Shown in pieces: positions 46,701 through 54,965 of a DNA stretch of 64,000 nucleotides. The translations under genes were made by a program, and so were the position numbers. Under the pieces are notes generated by a model. It was given only the letters and a program-made list of their open reading frames with translations, made no database searches and was not told the origin of the DNA. Positions within the stretch are counted from its first letter, which is position 1. Each line of letters opens with the position of its first letter. This DNA comes from Candidatus Nanohalarchaeota archaeon (GTDB lineage Archaea > Nanohalarchaeota > Nanosalinia > Nanosalinales > JAFCCC01): positions 2,863 through 66,862 of the forward strand of contig JAFCCC010000004.1 of the NCBI GenBank assembly GCA_017610385.1, written 5' to 3'.

Positions 46701-47223
46701 TTAATTTTTCTTCTTCAGAATTTTTAATCACATTATTTTCACTGTCTTTAAAAATAGCTCTTATTGTCTTTAATGATCCATCATCCAATAAAATTTCAGT
46801 GTTCCCACTTACACATTTTCCCGAGCCAGTCTGAGCAAGAATTGCGACGTGTTTGTAAAATGATTCAGGATCTAGATGAATTTTAACATGCGTATTAGAT
46901 TCTAACTTTCCAATATATAGTCCACGTTCATCTAAACCCAGAGTTTCTGAAATTAATTCTTGCGATGCAGAGTAAATCATAGAATTTGGTTTAATTGCAG
47001 ATTTTGGTCTTCTCAATAATCCTTTTTCTCTGTAACCAATAATAGAAGTTTGCGCTTCTGTTTTACCATCTTCATATTTTTTAACTTCTTGAACTTGTGC
47101 CAAAATCCATTGTTCTTGTTTTTTAACTGCCACAAAATCAAATTTTTTAATTTCTGTATACGCTCTAAACTTAAATTCCGAGGTAGATACGGTACCTTCA
47201 ATCTCTCCAATTAACATATGCAT
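43738..47223 (-). CDS. HerA-like (DUF87) P-loop ATPase interrupted by one intein, with a C-terminal ~230-aa extension
   Basis: N-terminal barrel-like region. Walker A ILAQTGSGK|SYLAGVVCEELL after intein removal. Walker B LMLIEEAHNF. SEGRKFGLGLIVVSQRPARID. The extension contains a wHTH-like ELLNIVSLKPRTKNELIEKLSISFSDLSAMLDHLVSQKFVKR. The extein is 638 aa. Confidence 0.8.
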   Translation of the reverse strand: MHMLIGEIEGTVSTSEFKFRAYTEIKKFDFVAVKKQEQWILAQVQEVKKYEDGKTEAQTSIIGYREKGLLRRPKSAIKPNSMIYSASQELISETLGLDERGLYIGKLESNTHVKIHLDPESFYKHVAILAQTGSGKCVSGNTEILLDDGSLKTIRAIFKDSENNVIKNSEEEKLISLENVFVQSIDKNLKLKTSPASFAYRKKCDKILELRTASGRKIEVSEEHPLLTIQDEVQFKESRVLKKGDYIAIPRKTLVNSKNDLKIPESVLEQSNQINDLRKEAKKTYTKVMRLREEGFGAQRICNILGIPEKRKTIDNWIYEDDSPLNSSRGCILIHSKFSKAISYPTAMSPDLAEFLALSIAEGAEVDKTSFRIIFTNYDEKLLRRFSNLGMKLFGLKTGKFSDCARYIDSKSLKLFLECIGYEVSHKSREKNIPDCILKSDINCKKSFLRTFYDCEGCMENCAVTLSSASKDIANKIMYLLLNFKIVARLRKSFKKATNSNHSGNWYYEVSISGAGNLCKFSDRIGFSIKRKQEKLKSYVNNTKGNTNVDIIPHLGPEILRTRKENGLSQMELSKRIGMSDMIISRYELENRFPSREAVKKLKEVLPSKKISLLADSDIFWDQITEINEKTSDDGYVYDLTVDDTHTFIAGRGGIVSHNSYLAGVVCEELLDKNYPVLIIDPHGEYHSLGTKNKITKEQQEKFEVTPKSYKVVEFTGESSVNSEAQLLTFSEMNLKAQDIMDVLPSKLTNSQLGILYTILRELEGKNYSLDDILSFCTASESKAKWGLINLLELLRKSSLFSKNPTELKNLIKPGQATLINLKGVAPKTQEIIVHLLSKNLFYLRKRGEVSPFLMLIEEAHNFIPERNIGKAASSNTLMSIASEGRKFGLGLIVVSQRPARIDNNILSQCNTQVILRVTNPSDLNAISKSFEGVTKSVKGAIRGLPSGVGLVLGKDYPIMTEIRVRKTKHGGEMKVMTESTKMLKIFSPKYSKDYFEKKLRESMKEVYYPLWVITSGNLKLVLDGKNGELKFRSPNLSGGELELLNIVSLKPRTKNELIEKLSISFSDLSAMLDHLVSQKFVKRFLDGEKTFYSGKENPFANIGKVDAQNAKVLEIDYSRNNAVSRAKKVIKGEIDGADIIYYPYYATQKIVIDAITGKQI
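45247..46815 (-). mobile_element. Intein (523 aa, LAGLIDADG type) in Walker A of the HerA-like gene
   Basis: Cys start (CVSGNTEILL, TGT 46815..46813). Block B is EVSEEHPLL. LAGLIDADG-like FLALSIAEGAEV and FLRTFYDCEGCM. XRE-type HTH NGLSQMELSKRIGMSDMIISRYELENR. Ends FIAGRGGIVSHN (AAT 45249..45247) + Ser. Confidence 0.85.
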
Positions 47224-47328
47224 ATCTTGAGTGTTAAACTCTTTAAACTTAACTCAAGAGTACTCGACGTTTAATTGTATTTAATAGATAGCGTTTAGTT
47301 TATATTCCTAAAAGTTTAATAAAATAAA

Positions 47329-48243
47329 ATGTTCAGTTACATTTCATTTGGTTTCTTTTCAATTGTGATCGCTTTATTTGGATCTTCTATAGCCGCTTAT
47401 TTTGACGTTAAAACTACAGATGTTCCAGATTTTATTGCTATTTATATGGCAATTGCCGGAGTTACAATAAATGCAATTCAAAGTTATTTAACAGGAAATA
47501 ACACGTACATTATTGGTTCATTGATTGTGGGTGGCATTTTTACTGCGATAGGTGCTTTGAAATATTATACCCGGTTGTGGGGTGGTGCTGATTTTCTTTT
47601 GTTTGGTGCTATAGGGTTTTTAATTCCACGTATGCCAAGCACATTCGTCACTGTTTCTGCACCTTGGCCATATCCTGTCACACTGGTATTCAATATCATG
47701 ATTATTGGTGCAATATATTCTATAATTTATTCAGTATTGTTAGCAATTAGAACAAAGGGATATTGGAAATTATTTTTGAATAATTTTAGAAAATCCAGAA
47801 AAACACTAATTCTCGGTTTAATATTGTATTTTGGTTTGGTTTTCATTTTATCTGGAGCAACGTCTATTATTACTTCAATTCCTTTTACATTTATTTTTAT
47901 AGGTTTTTTGCAAAAATTTATTTTATATTTTATTGCTTTAATTTTCTTGACTGTTTTTTTGCAAACAATTCAATTTGATATTTTAAATAAAAAGATTAGA
48001 ACTACCCATTTAAAAGAAGGTGATGTTCTATCTGAAAAAGTAATATTAAGAAAAAAAATAATTCCCGCAAATAAAATTATTGGACTTACCAAAGAGCAAG
48101 TTAAACAAATTAAACAAGAGAAGCGATTTATTAAAATCACTCAAGGCGTACCATATATTCCGATATTTCCAATAGCCATTATAGTCACTTTCTTTTTCGG
48201 AGATATAATTTATATATTACTTCCAATTGCTGGAGTTTATTAG
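47329..48243 (+). CDS. A24-family aspartic prepilin/preflagellin peptidase (PibD/FlaK/EppA-like)
   Basis: Polytopic. First catalytic-Asp context is SIAAYFDVKTTDVPDF, second is LWGGADFLLFGAIGFL (GxGD-like). The C-terminal ~90 aa are extra. Confidence 0.75.
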   Translation: MFSYISFGFFSIVIALFGSSIAAYFDVKTTDVPDFIAIYMAIAGVTINAIQSYLTGNNTYIIGSLIVGGIFTAIGALKYYTRLWGGADFLLFGAIGFLIPRMPSTFVTVSAPWPYPVTLVFNIMIIGAIYSIIYSVLLAIRTKGYWKLFLNNFRKSRKTLILGLILYFGLVFILSGATSIITSIPFTFIFIGFLQKFILYFIALIFLTVFLQTIQFDILNKKIRTTHLKEGDVLSEKVILRKKIIPANKIIGLTKEQVKQIKQEKRFIKITQGVPYIPIFPIAIIVTFFFGDIIYILLPIAGVY

Positions 48244-48249
48244 ATGGAT

Positions 48250-48550
48250 TTATTAGATTATACTCTTCAGTAGTTTATGGGAATTAATTTAGGATATTTA
48301 TTCAATTACATTATTTATTGAATTAGAATTATATCCTTTATTTAATTCGAATTATACTATTTATTAAATTCTCCTATTTATTAGATTCTATTTTATTAGT
48401 TATTAGATTAGATTTTATTATTTATTAGATTATATTTTATTATTTATTGGATTATGATCTTATGTAAATTCGATCAGTTATTAAATTTTGAATATTAATT
48501 TATACTATTTATTAAATTACAATCATTAACTTGTGCTATTTTTAACCTAT
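48250..48550. repeat. ~300-bp spacer of degenerate tandem units, core TATTTATT[AG][AG]ATT
   Basis: Read directly: tatttattcaatt, tatttattgaatt, tatttattaaatt (x2, each preceded by tatac), tatttattagatt (x2), tatttattggatt ... Lies between convergent gene ends. Confidence 0.7.
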
Positions 48551-48555
48551 AACCT

Positions 48556-49683
48556 TTATTGAATTATAGTAGTTCTATTTGTGTTTAAAGAAATAATATT
48601 TTTCTCAATATGATTTACTAATCCCTTCATATCATCCCTTAAAGTATAAATGTGAGATTCATTTTTCAAAAGAGCATCTTTTAAATTATTAATTTTAGAG
48701 GTTATTTCATGAATCTCATTATCTAAAACTTTAACTTCTTCTAAATTTAATTGATTTTCCAAGTTTTTTTGCCTGTCCTCAATTAATTGAATTTTTTCCA
48801 AAAGTTCAAAAGGAACTTCTAATTTTGAAACTTCTGGTTTTTTTAATTTAGAAATACTCTTTCTTAAATCTGATTCTACAAGATTCTGCGCATGAGCTAA
48901 CTGTGTTACTCTATGTTCTAATGTTTTTAATTGTGAGTCCATATTTTCTGATTTTTCAGAGATATATGTTCTATGTTCTTTGATTCCTCCATGAATGTTT
49001 TTAAAGTTTCCTTTTACTTCTGAAAATTCCCTCCGAATTTGTGATTCAAATTGCTTAAACCTAGACATTAAATCATCTTCAAACAGGCCCAAATCCGCCC
49101 TTAAATCCTTTCTAATATTTTTTGGTTGATCTGTTATAGGATATTTTGCATCAACTCGTTTATCTAATAAATTTAATTTGTGCTGAATCTCTCGTATTTT
49201 ATTTTTTAAAATTCCAGTTCTAGAATACAGCTCATCTATTTCCTTAATATCCTCTGTCGGCAAAGTCTTTAGTGTCCTGGACAAATATTCCACATTTTCT
49301 TTTAATTTGGAGGTAACTTCAACTTCTTTGTTGAGTTTATTTATCTTTTTACCAAAGGATTCAAGTTCTGAATAAAGAAAATTCAATTTTTTATGAACAT
49401 TATTGTTTTCATAATCTTCCTGAATTTTTTCCAAAACCTTAATTTGATTTTCAAATTCTGAAGACTTTAGAAATTCTATTCTTTCTAATGGATCTAGTAC
49501 AATTCCCTGTCCCTTCTTTACAGTTTTATTGCTATTAGTCTTTACAATATTAGTACGCCCCTTCTTTACAGTTTTATTACGATTACTCTTTACAAGATTA
49601 TTACTTTTCTTCTTTACAAGATTATTACTTTTCTTCTTTACACGCGTATTACTACCACTCTTTTTTACTTTTTCTTTAACCAT
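48556..49683 (-). CDS. Coiled-coil protein with a Lys-rich repetitive N-terminus
   Basis: N-terminus KKKSNNLVKKKSNNLVKSNRNKTVKKGRTNIVKTNSNKTVKKGQ. The remainder is heptad-like K/E/L-rich. Confidence 0.55.
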   Translation of the reverse strand: MVKEKVKKSGSNTRVKKKSNNLVKKKSNNLVKSNRNKTVKKGRTNIVKTNSNKTVKKGQGIVLDPLERIEFLKSSEFENQIKVLEKIQEDYENNNVHKKLNFLYSELESFGKKINKLNKEVEVTSKLKENVEYLSRTLKTLPTEDIKEIDELYSRTGILKNKIREIQHKLNLLDKRVDAKYPITDQPKNIRKDLRADLGLFEDDLMSRFKQFESQIRREFSEVKGNFKNIHGGIKEHRTYISEKSENMDSQLKTLEHRVTQLAHAQNLVESDLRKSISKLKKPEVSKLEVPFELLEKIQLIEDRQKNLENQLNLEEVKVLDNEIHEITSKINNLKDALLKNESHIYTLRDDMKGLVNHIEKNIISLNTNRTTIIQ

Positions 49684-49736
49684 ACGTTAAACTTATTAAA
49701 AATAAGATATAAAATTTCCCTTTATGTGGTGAAAAT

Positions 49737-50996
49737 ATGAATATTTACATAGAAACCTATGGATGCACCAAGAATAAAGCAGATTCAGAGATAATGACAA
49801 ATATACTTCTAAAAGAACACAAAATAACCTCTTTTGAATCTGCGGAATTAGTAATCTTGAATAGTTGCGCAGTGAAATTAACCACAGAAAATAAAATTTT
49901 GTACAGAATAACAAAAATAATAGAAACAAATAAGAAATTAATTGTGGCCGGTTGTATGGCGAATACAGAAAAAGACAAAATACTTCGAATTGATAAAAAT
50001 ATTTCATTAATTTCTCCACAAGCAATTCACAGAATTGCAGAATTAGTTGCAATCGTAAAAAAAGGAGAGCGAGCTGAATTTTTAGAGGATACCAAAGAAG
50101 ACAAACTAAAATATCATAAATCTAGAAAACAATTGATTGAAATAATTCCTATTGCAGAAGGTTGTTTAAACGCCTGTAGCTTTTGTCTGACCAAACTCGC
50201 GAGAAAAGATTTATTTTCATACCCAAAAGAAGAAATTCTTAAAATTATCAAAAAAGCAGTTTCTATCGGTGTTAAAGAATTTTGGCTCTGCGGAGAAGAT
50301 ACTGGTTGTTATGGCTTTGATAGAGGATATACTTTAGCAGATCTTCTCTATCAGATTTCTGAAATAGATGGAAAGTTTAAGGTACGAATTGGAATGATGA
50401 ATCCCAGCAACGCACTTAAAATTTTAGATGAGTTAGTAGATTCTTTTGAGTCAGATAAAATTTACAAATTTATTCACATTCCAGTTCAATCTGGATCAGA
50501 TAAAGTCCTTAAAGACATGTTAAGACAAAACACAGTTAAGGATTTTTTAACAGTAGTTCACGCATTTAGAAGAAAATATCCAAGAATTAGTATTGCAACT
50601 GATATCATCGCCGCATTTCCCACAGAAACACAAAAAGATTTTCAAAAAACCAAGAAACTTTTAAAAAAAGTTAAGCCAGATATAACAAATTTGTCGCGGT
50701 ACAGCCCCAGACCAAATACTCTTGCAAAAAAACTTTATTCTGAAATTAATTCCAAAATTGTAAAAGCACGTACAAGAGAACTTACCAAATTAATAAATAC
50801 AATTTCATTCAAACAAAACAAAAAATGGATTGGGTGGACTGGCGAGGTTTTAATTTCAGAGCGCGGTAGAAAAGGATTTCTACAAGGACGGAATTATGCA
50901 TATAAACCAATAATTGTTAAACAGGCTATGCTTGGTAATACAGTTACTGTAAAAATAAAAGCAGCATACAGAAGTCATTTATTAGCAAATATGTAA
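49737..50996 (+). CDS. Archaeal-type MiaB-like radical-SAM methylthiotransferase (MtaB/CDKAL1-like) with TRAM domain
   Basis: MNIYIETYGCTKNKADSE.. (UPF0004). Radical-SAM cluster EGCLNACSFC (Cx3Cx2C). C-terminal beta-rich TRAM-like GWTGEVLISERG.. Confidence 0.85.
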   Translation: MNIYIETYGCTKNKADSEIMTNILLKEHKITSFESAELVILNSCAVKLTTENKILYRITKIIETNKKLIVAGCMANTEKDKILRIDKNISLISPQAIHRIAELVAIVKKGERAEFLEDTKEDKLKYHKSRKQLIEIIPIAEGCLNACSFCLTKLARKDLFSYPKEEILKIIKKAVSIGVKEFWLCGEDTGCYGFDRGYTLADLLYQISEIDGKFKVRIGMMNPSNALKILDELVDSFESDKIYKFIHIPVQSGSDKVLKDMLRQNTVKDFLTVVHAFRRKYPRISIATDIIAAFPTETQKDFQKTKKLLKKVKPDITNLSRYSPRPNTLAKKLYSEINSKIVKARTRELTKLINTISFKQNKKWIGWTGEVLISERGRKGFLQGRNYAYKPIIVKQAMLGNTVTVKIKAAYRSHLLANM

Positions 50997-51028
50997 TTTA
51001 TATATCTTATTAAATTCAATTTCTATTT

Positions 51029-51481
51029 ATGTTGCGCAAGGGTATTTCACCAGTAATTGCTATTGTACTAATTTTAATGATGACTGTTTCACTTGCTGGA
51101 CTGGCATACGTTTGGATTAATCGTATGATGAAAAATAACATGAAAAATACAGATAGCACGTTGGAGACCAAATTAGAAATTTTAGGACTGGATTGTACAG
51201 TGAATAATATAATTAATTTAACTGTGCAAAATATTGGCAAAAGAAAAATCAATGCAGGAACCACGTATATTTATTTTAGGGATGTTTCTAAAGATCGTGT
51301 TATGGGTCGACTCGAGGTTGATTGGAGCGCTCAGGATTTTGTAAATCCAGATGGTTTTTCAATAATTCCAAATCTCGACATCTCTTCAGTTGTTAATTGG
51401 ACAAAAGGAGATTATTATGAATTGCGATTCGAATTCCCAACCACGAATTATAAAATAGAGAAAACATGCACAGTTCAATAA
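51029..51481 (+). CDS. Archaeal pilin (DUF1628/arch_flag_Nterm-type signal)
   Basis: MLRKG|ISPVIAIVLILMMTVSLAGLAYVW. Confidence 0.75.
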   Translation: MLRKGISPVIAIVLILMMTVSLAGLAYVWINRMMKNNMKNTDSTLETKLEILGLDCTVNNIINLTVQNIGKRKINAGTTYIYFRDVSKDRVMGRLEVDWSAQDFVNPDGFSIIPNLDISSVVNWTKGDYYELRFEFPTTNYKIEKTCTVQ

Positions 51482-51645
51482 ATTTGTTGTAGAAAATTCT
51501 GATTTAAACTCAATTGCAAACGGATTCTGCTTTGAATTCAATTACGATTTAGTTCTAATTTGAACCTGATTATAATTCAAACCCACTTATACTTTAAAAG
51601 GAAGCCCTAATTTAACTTAAATATATTCTTAACTAAATTAGGAAC

Positions 51646-53007
51646 ATGTATTCCTATAGTATTCAAAGGGCTCTGGAAAAGAATAAAATAGAGATAGGCG
51701 ATAGAATTTTAATAAAGAAGGCCAAAATCTCTTACGAAGGTATCTTAATGCCCCGCTCTGAAATAGGCAACCCCAATGCGTTAGTAATTAAAATAGACAG
51801 CGGATATAATGTCGGACTTTTGTATGATAAAAACACGAAACTTAAAAAAAGTCATCAAAAGTCTTCAAGAGCTTTGAAAGAAGAAAACGAAATCGAACTT
51901 GGTAAAATACGTAAAGAATTATTAAACATTACCTTTGATTCAAAAAAAGATCCGATTTCACTTATTTCTGTTGGCGGGACCATCTCTTCTCGTGTAGACT
52001 ATAAAACGGGCGGTGTGACTGGGATAATGAATCCAAAAGAGTTTTTACATAATGTTCCAGAATTGCAGGACATAGTTAACATAAAAACTATTAAACGACC
52101 GTTTAATAAGATGAGTGAGGATATGAATCCAAAAGACTGGCAAATAATTGCTAAAGTCTGTGAAAAAGAACTAAATAAAGATATTAAAGGAGTTATAATT
52201 ACCCATGGAACAGATTTTTTGCATTACACAAGCGCTGCACTTTCTTTTATGCTAAAGAATTTAGGAAAACCCGTTGTTTTGATGGGCGCACAGAGGTCCC
52301 CTGATCGCGGTAGTAGTGACACTGGATTTAACTTAATTTGTTCTTCTTATGCTGCTATTTCAGATATAGCAGAAGTTGGAATCTGTATGCATGGAACAAC
52401 AAATGATGATTATTGTTTGTTTAATCGAGGTACTCGAGTTAGAAAGATGCATTCAAGTAGAAGAGATGCATTCCGCCCGATTAATGATTTGCCTCTAGCG
52501 AAAATATTTCCAAATGGTAAAATAGAGCCCATTAATAAATTTCACACCAGAACAAACTCTAAAGTCAAAGCAGATACGAAATTCGAGCCAAAAGTAGCAA
52601 TATTAAAGGCATATCCCGGCTCTGATCCAGAACTTATTGATTTTTATGTGGAGAACGGATACAAAGGACTAATTATAGAGGCTGGTGCATTAGGTCATGT
52701 TCCCACCAATTCTGAAATATCTTGGATTCCACATCTAAAAAAAGCCATCAAATCCGGAGTTTTTGTTGGTACAACGACCCAATGTTTATACGGCAGAGTT
52801 AACTCAGATGTTTATAGTAATCTTAGAATACTCTATCATGATATAAACGCAGTTCCTTTAGAGGATATGTTAACTGAGACCGCATATGTAAAATTAGGTC
52901 ATGTTTTGGGACACACCCAAAATTTAGAAGAAATAAAAAAAGATATGCTAACGAATTATGCAGGAGAAATTTCAAAAAGATCATTAAGAGAAACATTTCT
53001 TTACTAA
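51646..53007 (+). CDS. gatD: Glu-tRNA(Gln) amidotransferase subunit D
   Basis: Asparaginase-type motifs ISVGGTISSRVDYKTGGV and ITHGTDFLHYTSAAL. ~450 aa. Immediately upstream of gatE. Confidence 0.9.
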   Translation: MYSYSIQRALEKNKIEIGDRILIKKAKISYEGILMPRSEIGNPNALVIKIDSGYNVGLLYDKNTKLKKSHQKSSRALKEENEIELGKIRKELLNITFDSKKDPISLISVGGTISSRVDYKTGGVTGIMNPKEFLHNVPELQDIVNIKTIKRPFNKMSEDMNPKDWQIIAKVCEKELNKDIKGVIITHGTDFLHYTSAALSFMLKNLGKPVVLMGAQRSPDRGSSDTGFNLICSSYAAISDIAEVGICMHGTTNDDYCLFNRGTRVRKMHSSRRDAFRPINDLPLAKIFPNGKIEPINKFHTRTNSKVKADTKFEPKVAILKAYPGSDPELIDFYVENGYKGLIIEAGALGHVPTNSEISWIPHLKKAIKSGVFVGTTTQCLYGRVNSDVYSNLRILYHDINAVPLEDMLTETAYVKLGHVLGHTQNLEEIKKDMLTNYAGEISKRSLRETFLY

Positions 53008-53014
53008 TGTGTAA

Positions 53015-53086
53015 AAATAGAAATTAAATGATAAATAGAAATTAAATGATAACTAGAAATCAAATGATAAATAAAAATCAAACATA
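53015..53086. repeat. 4 x 18-bp tandem repeat in the gatD-gatE spacer
   Basis: AAATAGAAATTAAATGAT at 53015..53032 and 53033..53050 (identical), then aactagaaatcaaatgat and aaataaaaatcaaacata. Confidence 0.85.
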
Positions 53087-53099
53087 TTGAGATGTAAAA

Positions 53100-54965
53100 A
53101 TGAAACAGAAATTCAGATGTGGTTTAGAAATACACCAGCAGCTAAATACCAAAGAAAAATTGTTTTGTAGTTGTTTAAATTCTGTTGAAAATATTCAACC
53201 GTATTCTAAATTAGAACGATTTTTAAGACCTGTGACATCTGAGCTCGGTGAGAAAGATCCAACCGCTTTATTCGAATTTCTAAAAAAGAACAAATTCATT
53301 TACAACCTGTATCACAACAGCACATGTCTTGTTGAATTAGATGCAGAGCCACCCCATCGTTTAAATGAAGAAGCACTTAGAATTGTTCTAGAAGCCGCAT
53401 TATTAATGAATTGTCATATTCCCGATGAAATACAATTTATGCGTAAAATGGTTCTAGATGGTTCAAATACTGCTGGTTTCCAGAGAACCTCTATTGTCGG
53501 CATGGATGGCTATATTGAAACTTCTGAAGGAAAAGTAAGAATCAAAGATATAGAATTAGAAGAAGAGGCCGCTGCACTAAATCAAAGACAAAATAAATCA
53601 GTTATATATGATTTAGATAGATTAGGCATACCTTTAATTGAAGTTGGAACTGAAACGGATATAAAAAGCATTGAACACGCGAAAGAAGTAGCACTTAAGA
53701 TTGGAATGCTTTTAAGAAGTACTGGAAAGGTTAAACGAGGTTTAGGGACCATTCGGCAGGACGTTAATATTTCAATTGATGGGGGATCTAGAGTCGAAAT
53801 AAAAGGATTTCAGGACGTTAAAAACATAGATAGTTTAATTAAGTTAGAAATCACGAGACAGCGTTCTTTGATCCAAATTAAAAAAGAATTGAACAAAAGA
53901 GGAGTAAAAACATTCAAACTAGAACAAATGGATAGTTCTAATTTATTTTTAAAAAGTGAAAATAAATTAATAAGATCAATTTTAAAGGAAAATGGAGTAG
54001 TACTTTCTGTAAAACTGCCAAAGTTTGCGGGTTTAATGAAAAAAATTATTTCTGATGAAAAGACCTTAGCAAAAGAATTAGTGGATTATGTTAAGATTTA
54101 TGGACTAAAAGGAATAATTCATTCTGATGAAAATCTTAAAAAATATGAGATAGAAACTGACTTTGAAAGATTAGCAAATAAACTCAAAAAAGAAAAAGAA
54201 GATGTTGTTCTTATTGTTGCTGGGCACAAAGATCAAGTAAAAAAAGCAATGATGGCCCTCTGTAAACGAATTGAATTTCTTCCAATCGGCGTCCCAGAAG
54301 AAACAAGAGCTGCTGATTTAAATTATACCACACATTATTCTAGACCATTGCCTGGGAAATCTCGAATGTACCCAGAAACAGATATTCCCCCCAAAGAAAT
54401 TTCAAAAGCACTTTTATCTAAAATCAAAAAAGAATTGCCGCAAACCTTAGAGGAAAAAGAAAAAAAATACTCTAAATTAATTGGAAAGGAAATGGCATCA
54501 CAATTAGTTGATTCTTATCATTTCGTCATATTTGAAAAAATAATTTCTGAGTCCAAATTTGATAAGAAAATTATTGCTAATATTTTTACAAATGTACTTA
54601 ACAGTCTAGATAAACGTGGTTTTCTAACTGCCAAACTAACAAAAAAACACTTTTTAGATATTATTAAATTATTAGAAAGTAGAAAAATTGCGACTAATTC
54701 AACTTCACTAATCTTATCTAAATTATGTTTAAAGCCAGAACTTTCTGTTAGTGACGTTATAAAACAAAATAACTTAGCTAAATTAACTGACAAGGAACTT
54801 AAAGAATTAATTAAAGTTACTATTTTTCAAAATAAGAAAGACCTTGCCGGAAAAGAATATCACGCAGAAAAAATACTTATGCAAATTTTAATGCGAAAAA
54901 TTGGTGGTCGTGCCGAAGGATCAAAAATATCTGAATTCTTAAAAAAAGAACTTAAAAATAATTAA
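53100..54965 (+). CDS. gatE: Glu-tRNA(Gln) amidotransferase subunit E
   Basis: MKQKFRCGLEIHQQLNTKEKLFCSC.., ..CLVELDAEPPH.., GatB/E core plus a C-terminal helical tail. 621 aa. Confidence 0.9.
   Translation: MKQKFRCGLEIHQQLNTKEKLFCSCLNSVENIQPYSKLERFLRPVTSELGEKDPTALFEFLKKNKFIYNLYHNSTCLVELDAEPPHRLNEEALRIVLEAALLMNCHIPDEIQFMRKMVLDGSNTAGFQRTSIVGMDGYIETSEGKVRIKDIELEEEAAALNQRQNKSVIYDLDRLGIPLIEVGTETDIKSIEHAKEVALKIGMLLRSTGKVKRGLGTIRQDVNISIDGGSRVEIKGFQDVKNIDSLIKLEITRQRSLIQIKKELNKRGVKTFKLEQMDSSNLFLKSENKLIRSILKENGVVLSVKLPKFAGLMKKIISDEKTLAKELVDYVKIYGLKGIIHSDENLKKYEIETDFERLANKLKKEKEDVVLIVAGHKDQVKKAMMALCKRIEFLPIGVPEETRAADLNYTTHYSRPLPGKSRMYPETDIPPKEISKALLSKIKKELPQTLEEKEKKYSKLIGKEMASQLVDSYHFVIFEKIISESKFDKKIIANIFTNVLNSLDKRGFLTAKLTKKHFLDIIKLLESRKIATNSTSLILSKLCLKPELSVSDVIKQNNLAKLTDKELKELIKVTIFQNKKDLAGKEYHAEKILMQILMRKIGGRAEGSKISEFLKKELKNN

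Noticed and set aside
48250-48550. Replication origin
   Set aside because: It is AT-rich and repetitive, but I see no ORB-like inverted repeats and no orc1/cdc6 gene nearby. I kept it only as an unexplained repeat.
49696-50052. 118-aa and 73-aa minus-strand ORFs overlapping the start of the MiaB-like gene
   Set aside because: They lie opposite a gene with clear UPF0004/radical-SAM motifs, and their products are Leu/Phe-rich nonsense.
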